Assembly: GCA_964035545.1 (NCBI GenBank)
Contig: OZ037766.1
Coordinates: forward strand, 30,370,773-30,434,772
Direction of reading: 5' to 3'
DNA length: 64,000 nucleotides
Source of the DNA: Bugula neritina
Taxonomy: Eukaryota; Animalia; Bryozoa
The position numbers were made by a program, and so were the translations under genes. This document shows, in pieces, positions 11,178 through 21,688 of this stretch (positions are counted from its first letter, which is position 1; each line of letters opens with the position of its first letter). Under the pieces are notes generated by a model. It was not told the DNA's origin and searched no databases. It was given only the letters and a program-made list of their open reading frames with translations.

Positions 11178-11660
11178 TGTAGTGAATTTCACAGTTCACT
11201 ATAATTTGTGGGTTTACTTATGCAAAGCCACTTCACCAGGTTGATCGCAATTAGATAAAGTTTATTACTTAGAAACGATACAACAATAACAACTACTAAA
11301 CTACTGTAGACGTAGTAAGTCGTGCAATTACTGTGCGTGAGTTTTCTACTTGCGTATTTAGTTGGCTTTTCTACTAGCAATTACTAGGGTAGCTGTCGAG
11401 TAATTACGTTTATTATCCACAATACAATACAAAACAAACATTACATCAAATTACACTATACATCAGTCAACTACTAACAAATGTTTCTACTTCAAGCCCT
11501 CGCTTACAACAACGTGATCATTGTCAATTGCCCGGGAACTGTCACATGAGTCGGAAGCATATCTTCCGGTGCTGCTGATTAGTTACTACATAGGGGCCTT
11601 AGTATTCCCAGAACAGAGAGAGGACGATTCTCATATTAGTACATTGCATGACTCACTACA

Positions 11661-11694
<34 letters not shown>

Positions 11695-11949
11695 TTACAT
11701 AATATAGAGCAATTTATACACGACTATTCATAAGTAAGTCCCAAGCTGCTCTGCTGGTGCAACTGCCTAGCATGCTTACACAACATATTGGCAGCTCCGC
11801 CTATCACTAATTAGCAGTCACAGTTGATTGGCTGTCACTAGTGGTGCCATCTTGACAATATGCTGTCGGCCTCACGTAGCAGTCCGACATAGAGTCGACC
11901 CTTTCGATATAATAACAAGTCAACAATTGCACTACTAAAATCCACCACA
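11178..11949 (-). mobile_element. solo LTR of family B, split by a nested family-A solo LTR
   Basis: Reverse complement matches 9545-9933 (GGATTTTAGTAG, ACTCTATGTCGGACTGCTAC, GATGGCACCAC, AACCTGGTGAAGT, AATTATAGTGAACTG). Expanded (CA)n at ~11663-11692. Confidence 0.85.
11305..11660 (-). mobile_element. solo LTR of family A with 4-bp TSD (CTAC)
   Basis: TG...CA ends; CTAC at 11301-11304 and 11661-11664; matches 1684-2017 (GGGAATACT, ACCGGAAG..TTCCG, TAGTAATTGCTAGT, ACTAAATACGCA). Confidence 0.85.
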
Positions 11950-13445
11950 CCAGTCTATCGAAGAAATAAAACATACACCATATATAAATTAAATAGAGCT
12001 ATTGTTGTTTTAGTTCTACTGTTTTAAAAAAACGACAGACTACATATATTTACTTGCACTAACATCAACAGCTGAAATTGATAGTAGATCATTTTATTTC
12101 CAATTAAACTAGAAAGAAGGTACATAATTGTAGCAAATTCAAATAAAGCACAATCAATGCAAAGTATTATATTGTAGTGAAACTGTGTTTTTAGTAAGAT
12201 AATAAAAGGCATTACAAAAACCTGAATATTCAAGGCACTCTAAAATAAATGGTTATTCTAATATAATGACATCTCATTACCAAAGGTTGGTGATCAATAT
12301 AAGGCAAGCATAAACAATCTTCATTATCAAAATATGCAAAATATTTTAAATATTAAAAAAAAAGGTGTGCACTAGCTGCAAAAATAAGCAAAAACTATTA
12401 CTACTATGATGTTTAGAAGTTTTGTGCTAAAATCATGCTTAAAACATGATTCAAGAACCACCTCACTGTTTAAAGCATTTCTATTTTTCTGATCAACCAC
12501 AATAGTTTTGATTTGTGCTCTTTGAAAAAATTAATGTGGTGTTAAAAATAAAGCCATGAATGAAAGATGTATAACCAAATATAGCCGGTCTATTGTGAAG
12601 TGAGATGATGTGGGTGACATATGAGAATGCTATAGACTTGCAAGGTTCTTATCTAATACTGGTATTATCTATGGAACATTCAAATAGGGATTGGAATGTT
12701 ACTAGGAATATTATTACAAAGCATAGTGTGTGAGCCAGAGTTTAGCCTTAGCGTGAAAATTCATGCAAATAGTTAGTATTATTCAGTGTGCAACCTGAGT
12801 TAGGCAGTTGTTGAGATAGTCGTGACAAAATGTAGAAGTTAGTTCTTTAGAAACATTTTGAATTCAATCACTTTCAGCTGGGATGGAATAAGACAGCGTC
12901 TAAAATGGTATACAACATAATCTGGCAGACTGTAGAAACTTGAAACATATGTGCAAAATGTGATTTGAAAAGTTAAGATGTAAGAAAACCGCAATGAGCA
13001 GAGATCAACCAATTTAGCAGCATATAAGTACAGTACATACTGTTTAGACTCTAGCACAAAGGTCAAGTCAGAGGATTTATTAAAAGAATAAATGAGAGAA
13101 ATAAATAAAATAAAAGAATAAAAAAATAACATAGGTCACTATTCAAATTTAGGTTTCCTAAATTCAAGTTGTTTATCTAATATTTAGCAGGGTATAACTT
13201 TGGATTCAACCATGTGTAGGCTATATGTGTATCATTAGCTTTTACTTTTACCTCGAATACCTTTGGCTTTCACAATTTCAAGTCAATTGATTGATCGACA
13301 CAAAAGTGTTGCAACGAGTAAAGAATGTCAGCTATTTATCAACAAGTCGTATTAATAAATGTCATTATAAGCTTGAAATACAATTCAATGCAGGTTTGCA
13401 CAATAAAATATCTTGTGTATACAAACTAATTTAGAGATGCGCAAT

Positions 13446-16400
13446 TTAATCCATCAATTTTCCATTCTTACAACCTGGAATTTTCAATAATGGGACTATT
13501 TTTATTTGATGAAGTATAAATTTACAACTCAAAACCTTAGGGCAAGCATAAATACAGGCATGTTGGTGCTGATCGACACACCACCAAGGAGGATACTTTG
13601 CACAAACCTCTGTGTGTGATACCATGATCTCATCAAATATTTGGAATTTGCCTGTCAAATCAGTAGCCTGGTCAAAATGAGTTTCATTTTTCCACACCTC
13701 TATGAGCGACTTCAGATACTTGTAGAGGTTGTCTTGCTGAGTAAGCAGCTTGAAATCATCCCCAGCCTCACTGAAATGTGCAGTGAAGAAGATTTACACC
13801 AGACGTGAAACATATTGCGGCTCTGCTGAACCAAATCAGCATATTGTTCCGAGCAATAATGATTTTTTAGACAGGAATTCTAAGAGAAAAACACTTACTA
13901 ATTCAAAAAAAGCAGAAAAACCTGGTCATAGAGTAAAGCTAACTGCAGTGTAAAATATTACTGGTTAAAGAAAAAATTGTATGAACAACAAAACAGAACA
14001 GATATAAAAAGCTATGTCAGTGAGTTTCATTGCTTGTGTACTTTAAATTACATCATGTAAAGACAATATCTAGGTATGTTAGTTACTAACCTCTGAGCAT
14101 TCTTGTAAGAACAATAGTACTTGTCCAAGCTTCTGTAGAGCCGCTCAAACTTGTGATTTTCAAGTTCAGGATGACTCTTATCCGACCCATTCTTTAAGGA
14201 AAGCCCAAGTTGTCGCATAGCCTTAAGAATGTATTTAACAGCTTCACCAGACTTGCCACAGTCGGATAGAAACTTGGCGTAGTACCTAAAGAATAATAAA
14301 CCCTGTAGATGTCTGTTTGAGAGGGTCGGGCAGAAACAAACTTGCTCACAATACTAACTGGCATCTGTTACATACAAATGGTTTCTGACCCAACATAATA
14401 GAAAAATTTATTTTATCTTATTCTAAGCTTTTTAAATTATTCTAAACTTCAATGTACATAAAAATCTACACTACCCATAGTTGAACACAAACAACACAAT
14501 AAAGAAACACTAGGACTATTAAAGTGCCCAACACAATCTCTTAAAACAAAATAAAATAAAAGTAATTTTTTTTCTAATATATTATACAATAGCATCAGTG
14601 ACAACTTGTATTTAATAAAATTAAAGTTGAATATCTTCAAAAAATTAACACAAGCCAGTGTCAATTAATAAAAAGATGCCACAATTTTATTACCCAACCT
14701 TTCAATAATGGAAATAGAGAAGAAAAAGTTTCTATTTGAAGTAAGCCAATGAATAGCTAATGATAAAATAAGACAGCCCTAAAGACCAAATCTCATCCAG
14801 CTGAAGTACCTGTTATCTGTTAGAATAGGATACTCAAATACCTGTAACAATAACAGAGGGCGCTATTTGGGAACACTTGCTTCTTGGCTAGTTCTTCCAC
14901 TTGTGTCAGCAACTGCTCTCCGCTGACAAAATGCTGCTCCTGATTAGCTGGTTCTAGCTGATACAGTTTACCTGTAATAAGATAACCAAGTCTTATCCAT
15001 ATATTATTCATGGCAGTCGTAGAATTGTCATTTCAGCTTGTGATTATTAGTTTCTATGTATACTGTATGCAGTAATTTATGTCACAACAGCTTTAGGACT
15101 AGTGGCCAACGCTAAGTTGGATGAGCATAGTCTATGAATTTTACAGCTCTGCAAGCAAGCAGCATATCCTACATGCAACATCAACGGAAAATGTATATCG
15201 AATAAATAACTAATCCCTAAAAATAATGATGATTAAAAAATTAAAAGCAATTACAATCAAAGCAATATTGAATACTGAAAAAAGATGCCCGTTAAATATA
15301 TTCTGCCATCAAATAATTTGTTATTAAAAGTCGTACCATAGCAGTTGATTTTCCATTCAGCACAAATCATCCTGTGGTAGTCATCATATTTCAGGTTTGA
15401 TCTCATCAGCCCTGCTTCATACGCATATCTTTTAACATCATCATCACCAACATTGGACAATTCTAAAAGAAGTATTCCACTTTAATCACTGTCACCACAT
15501 ATTCATATACCAAGTCATCATATGACATGATAAAGTTGATACTACTACAACTGGTAGATTGACTGGTCAGAATTCCGAGACACAAAAAGTGTTGCAAACA
15601 AATGTTACCATCCAGCTGGTCTCTAATAGAGCGGAGTTTATCAGAGGAAGTCTCTCGATCAATCTCCATGGCCAACCTTTCTCTATCAGTGATGAGACCA
15701 GCCAACAGGTGAACACCAGTTTCTTCATACAACTTTCTGGAAACTTCCAAAGCAGCTTCTGACTGCCGTATACACTCATTTACTTCTTGAGTGTCTGCAA
15801 GTGAACAGGTAATGCAAGTTGGGAAAATGTGGCGTCACAGTATTGTAAATATATGGCAGAGATTATTGATTAGGACACTCCTGATATTCACATACAAAAG
15901 ACTGACTCTACGAAGTTATACAAAACAATAGTAAGCATCTCTTTACAATACTCAATATAAACTTACCATCTGAGCACTTGCTATAAAGTTTAGACCAGGT
16001 ACAGCAAATTGTTATCAGAATTTCAGAAATAAATACATGAACTAATGTGTCAATTTCCAGAACTGTCGATATTCCACTTTTTCGTCCTTTCTCTTCCAAC
16101 AACTCCAATTTCCTGTGTATAATATAACAGCATAATGTTGAAACAACAGCAAACCTGCTTGTCCCATTTTATTGTGTCTCACATAAGGTCAAGAGGTTAG
16201 ATGATAAAATCTGCATGTATTTTTAGTTAAATCAACTGTGCATACATTAGTAGATAAACGTGGAAAAGTTTCAATAACCAGTATCCAAATGAAGAAACAT
16301 TACGCTTTTATGCAATAAAGGGTTTTGCTCAAAAGCAACAGCAGTTTTGATTGGCCAATGCATGAAAATGGAGAAGGCTGATTGGCTAGTCACTTGAATA

Positions 16401-19400
16401 AATGGAAAGAAACAAAAAGACTAGGCGTGAAACTTACTCTCTGGTTAAATGGCCATTCACAAGGTCTTTGTATTCACAGATATTCAGCATGTTATTCAAG
16501 TCTTTTTTCGTCAGTTGGTGGTATTGAGGCAACTTATCAATAAAATCTCTGTACTCTTCATCTTGTAGTAGGGAGTGCTGTATACCAGTTTCATACAGAA
16601 TACATGCCACTTCTTTGTGTCTCTGAGAGACATCCACATTACTAAATACCACAAAGTACACTGTCATTACATGCAATAAACATTTGACTATTACAGCAGC
16701 TACAGCACTGTGAAAGAATAAAAAGTAAAATATATAGTTTAAAAAATATCTATACAGAAATAAATTGAATTTTACCTTTGTTCCTTTAGCAGACGGTCAT
16801 AATTGTACCCGCCTCCCATAACCAGCTCACAATATTTGTCTCTTGCTCTCTGAAAATATTTCTTTTCCTCTGTGGAGCCACTTGACTGGGACAACAAGCA
16901 GTAACCAATCCCAACCAGTAAGTTGCAATGCAGAAACTGAAATATTCACCCTAATATACTTAGTTAACCAAAACACACCATTGTGGTGATCGTGCGAACA
17001 TTGCTGAAAAGATATACAATAAACATTTGACTATTACAGAACTGTGAAAGAATAAAAAGTGAAAAATATTGCTCGCCACACCACCTGGGATACTGGCCAC
17101 TTTCTTGCATTTTTAAGAAACATCCATACTACAGAATTTATTCTATTTAGATGTGAATGTATAAGAAGTTTGATCAGGGAGCAGCTGTGGTCTAGGGGTA
17201 AGAGCGTTTGCCTAATCAAAGTCATGGGTTTGATCCCAACAAAGACCATTGGTGATGTTAGGAAGAGCATCCAGTCATAATTGCTCCTCTGTCACATATG
17301 AATAAGTCCTTAGCCTGATCTAACAAAAACCCTTTCCATCAGCGGTTTTCTCACAGGGATGGCGTATATAAACTCGCGTGAGTATAAGAAGTTTGATTCA
17401 CTTTGATTGGCCAGCTAGACAAAAAAATGTAACTAACAACCCTCATTATAAAAACAGAATTGAGAGCTAAGCTAAGCTGTACCCCTGTTCCTCCAGCAAA
17501 CAGTCATAACTGTACCCGCCTCCCATAACCAGCTGACAATATTTGTCTCTTGCTTTTTTCAACAGCGTTTTGCTTTCGGCAACGCCACTTTTTTGAGACG
17601 AGAGACAGTAGGCAACCCGCACGAGCAGGTCACAGTGAAGTAGCTGCAACAGGATGAGTCATCTGACATGAGCAGCCAATCAGAATTTACAGAAAATATT
17701 AGAAATTGCCATGTTGTTCTATGAACTATAGTGACCATAATATGCAACATGCTATTTTGATTGAAGGGTCAAAAAACTACACAAGACACAGCAAAAATAT
17801 AGATTTTGCTAAAAATTTCAGGTCAATAGGTCAGTACTCATAATATAATTATAATATAATACCTAATTAAGATTTTAACACCATGCTTTTATTGTTAACT
17901 AAGTGAATAATGTGAAAATAGACTCTAAGAAGTTAGTATTACTGAACAGCTAGACTACTATTAAAATCAACAAAATAAATTAATTCCATCAAGCAGTAAC
18001 TACCGCAAATAAAAATAGACGTTTTATTAAAGAAGGTTAAACATAACACATCTAGACAATGTATTTTTTCAACAACCAACATTGTTCAAATTACTTTTTG
18101 GGTAATAGGAGATGACATTAATCACAGAAAAGGACAAAGATATAAAAAATATGACAAGGCACATAGGAATTACATGTCGAAGTAACGCACCTGAACAAAC
18201 GGAGTGCGATTAAAACTCGCGGCTATTGCTGTATCTAAAGTAAGCCCATGGGCAGAGTAGAACTCTAAAAACCTATCCTGGTGTCTACGGCCATCTCTGG
18301 GCAGTACACGAGTAAATCCAATCAACGCCTTCCTACAAAAAAAATTGTGGCAAGTTTTTAAAATTCAGTAACTCAACTAAAAATTGAAGGTGTCTGGTTA
18401 TTTGAGAGTTTCTGCTGAGTCCACAACACCATGAGGCAATTTTGCCTGGAACATCAACGCCTGATAATAACATACCTTTTTCTGCTAAATTAAAAAAGAA
18501 AAACTTTGTATAGAAAATATCAAAAGTTACATTAATAGTAAATATAGTATACTGATGTTTTTACTTCAAAAGATCAGGTTCCTCTTCCTTTTTACAGAAC
18601 AGTTTCAACGACTGCTTCACAAGTTTATGCAGACGCAACAGTCTGCTTTTGTTCTCAGTTCTCATCACACAGATTCCTCGCTCACATAACCGATTACTTA
18701 CTAATCTGTTAATTTCTGAAGCCTAAAACACATTGAGTCGAAATCAAGAGAATTGCAATCACAGCGTATTGAAAAGAATGAAAACATTTTTCTTTAAAAA
18801 AGAGATAAGATGTCCATATACGTGCAATCTCTAAGCATTGTGAGGATTGATATAAAATCTCACCAGTATGTCAGTAGTTGAAACAGTTTCCGCACAAGAC
18901 ACTATCAATTCTCGAGGCAGATCCCTTTCATTGAAGAAGGACAGAACTTTGAGCAACTGCATTGACTCCTCGGGAAAGGGAAGATCCCTTACTAGCCGAT
19001 CTATAGCTATTTTTATGGCTACGAGTGCACTTTGTTCACGAGCTTCAATTTCACCAACCCCACCTTCTTCAATCAAAGACTTGGTTTGTGATTCCATATT
19101 TTCCAGATAATGGTTAATGAAATCTTCACCATCGTCAGCCTAAATCAAATGAGAACCTATGGTCTTGGAGAAGTAATAAAATATATCAAAGTATCAGGTA
19201 GAATATACAGTTATGTACTAAAGTTAGGAAACAGCGTTCTTCATTACCTAAAGTTAACAACACAGGCAATAATTGTACATGCAGCGAGGTTTCAACAGCT
19301 TTAAAACTATTTCCTTAGCTTTTAAGGTAACTGTGAACATAACACCATTTAAAAAACGGTTTGCTGCCTGCCAGCAATTCTACGCTATTGTGATGTAAAT

Positions 19401-21131
19401 AACATTCTCATTTCTCACAAACTCACTAACAAAATATATTTTACCATTTATTAGATGTTAAATAGTCTCTAAGCGTAGGGCCACACGGTGCAAATTTTCG
19501 CAGACGAAAGTTTGCACCACACTGTATATCATTTTCAAAAGAAAAACTTATCTTTATCACAGAAATATATAAGGAATATTTTTGGCATTGGCTAGCCATG
19601 AAAATGCTTCAGTTACTCAAAATAGATTCTGAAATAATGAAGAGCCCTGCCAACTTTATCAGCAAGTTTTTACAAAGTTATGAATATTTTCACTGGTTTA
19701 AAAATATATACCACTGCTTCAAATATTCATTAATTAAAATATGTAATATAATTATACATTGAAATAACACTTAATTTATTCAAATTAGCAAAAATAAGCT
19801 AAAACTTCAACAAAATAATTGAACCAGTAAATTATTTTGAGGTTAAAAAAGCATGACAAACCTACAATAACTTTGTTCCTAAAACACTGAAGTTTAGGAA
19901 AGCAGAATTATATTACACAACTTACCTGTTCTGATTCAAAGCTTTTCAAAAATATTCGCAAAGCTAGAGCCATTCCACCAAGTTTATCCACAATTTTTCC
20001 AAAAGAATCATCATCCAAACGTGTGAACTTGAAAAGTATCTTGGCTTCCTCTAAAGTGAAGGGAGACACTTGAATAAAACTATCTTTACCAATGTGCTGA
20101 TATACAGCTGGTCTCGGGACACTCTTCATGCTAGTAACAAATATTGTCCAAGTACCCACATCAGGGACTTGAGCATCAGAAGTTTGTTGAGAAGACCTCA
20201 TCTCCCTGGCAATGTGATCCAGCACTTGTAACAACTCTTCAAGTTTTTCAACATCATCAAAGATAAAGATTTTGTGATAGTCAGGGTAATGGGAATTTAA
20301 AGTTTCGAAAAACGTATAAATTATATGCCAATTTTTTGGCCTATCATCTGCAACTGGTTCAAAAGTTTTGTCTAGTTCTGTAAAAAGCTGGTGAAGGTCG
20401 TTGTAGAGTGCCTCAATACTGGTGCAATCAAATTTTCCATAAAGCCTTTTGCCACTTTCTTTCAAATTATCCCAAACCTTTGCAGATTTATGTCCAGCGA
20501 TATATGACTTTCCCAAGCCAGGAGCACCTAGAAAAATATGTTGGTATCTATAGTTCACTATGATCAACATCACAAAGCAAACAAATACATAATATGCTGA
20601 AAAACAAAATCATACGTTTTGCCTTAGGCCTATACAAAAAGTACTCTCATGGTACTTACTTTTTGTCAAGGAAAAACTTTATCGGCTTACTAAAAGTGAT
20701 AGCTTAGATGGTTGAACTAAAAGACTATTAATGGCAACTGTTGCCATTTTAAGAAAGCTTTCGCACTTTACAAAACTGGACTACTTAGGAATACTGAGTT
20801 TATTTGTTTATAAGTTTCCATAACAAGCAAAGCTATACAGCACTATTAAAATTTTTCATCATAAAATTTAGTATGTGTGAACTTTTATATAAAGATATGA
20901 AAAAGCTATAACACAATCACTGACCCAATTATATTTATACAACAATAAAAACTGTGCTATCAATGGCACAATGAACATGTTATTTATTCAATTTTAAAAA
21001 TAATGATCAATGATTTGAGCAACTTTACCAGTTAGAACTATGATGGAGGACCCTGGAACTTCCAAAACTTTATCAACATCTTTGGCAGCTTCTGTTTCAA
21101 CAAAGTCATGGTTGTATATTGGTGTATTCAT
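13446..21131 (-). CDS. NB-ARC/AP-ATPase-type STAND NTPase with helical (TPR-like) C-terminus; multi-exon, 3' end uncertain
   Basis: Phase-compatible exons 21131-21029, 20527-19926, 19139-18864, 18722-18565, 18332-18191, [17643-17483 or 16936-16776], 16641-16438, 16112-15967, 15794-15609, 15462-15337, 14971-14842, 14285-14091, then an ambiguous last exon near 13770-13446. Motifs: Walker A IVLTGAPGLGKS, Walker B IFIFDDVE, sensor-I IFVTS, GLPL-like LGGMALAL, MHD-like LRLHKLVK, and TPR-like YAKFLSDCGKSGEAVKYILKA. Confidence 0.8.
17175..17381 (+). mobile_element. tRNA-derived SINE, full length, 16-bp TSD
   Basis: A-box-like TGGTCTAGGGGTAAG and B-box-like GGTTTGATCCC. GTATAAGAAGTTTGAT is duplicated at 17159-17174 and 17382-17397. 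Other copies at ~36127 and ~48703. Confidence 0.88.
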
Positions 21132-21324
21132 GTTGTTTACTCAGCTTCTTTCCTAGGAAGATGTCTTTCTGAGTAGCCGCAAAGTACAAACATAAACGGA
21201 CTTATTTACAATACTGATACACAATGATATATAAAGTAAGTAATGCATCTGATTCTGTAAGAGAAATTAAAGCAAAATTACACTTTTCAGAATTTAAATT
21301 ACTGTTAAACAAAAATGCAACTTC

Positions 21325-21660
21325 TAATACTAATAGTAATAGTAATAATACTATTACTAGTATGAACAGTTTATTGTTATGATTCAGGATTACGACTGTT
21401 ATTATGGCTAAGATAAGACTGGTGCTAGTAGTAGACTTAGTAGCAGCAACAGCAGCAGTAGTAGCAGTAGCAGCAGCAACAGTAGTAGGCTAGTACTAGT
21501 ATTATTACTATTACTATTAGTAGTACTATTACTAATACTATTAGTATTAGTATTAAGTTATTACTATTAGTAGTACTAGTACTAGGAGTAGTACCAGCAC
21601 TAGTGCAGTGCTACTACTACTAGTGCTAGTAATAGTTAGACTAAGTAAATTGAATTTACT
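21325..21660. repeat. low-complexity TAG/CAG/TAC/TAA trinucleotide-rich tract
   Basis: Degenerate (TAG)/(CAG)/(ACTAAT) runs; a similar tract continues beyond the Gypsy insertion. Confidence 0.8.
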
Positions 21661-21688
21661 TAGTCTAACTTCAAGTGTAATCAGTAAT

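Noticed and set aside
19488-19518. Palindrome TGCAAATTTTCG-caga-CGAAAGTTTGCA
   Set aside because: Isolated intronic hairpin, probably a MITE fragment; no partner end found.
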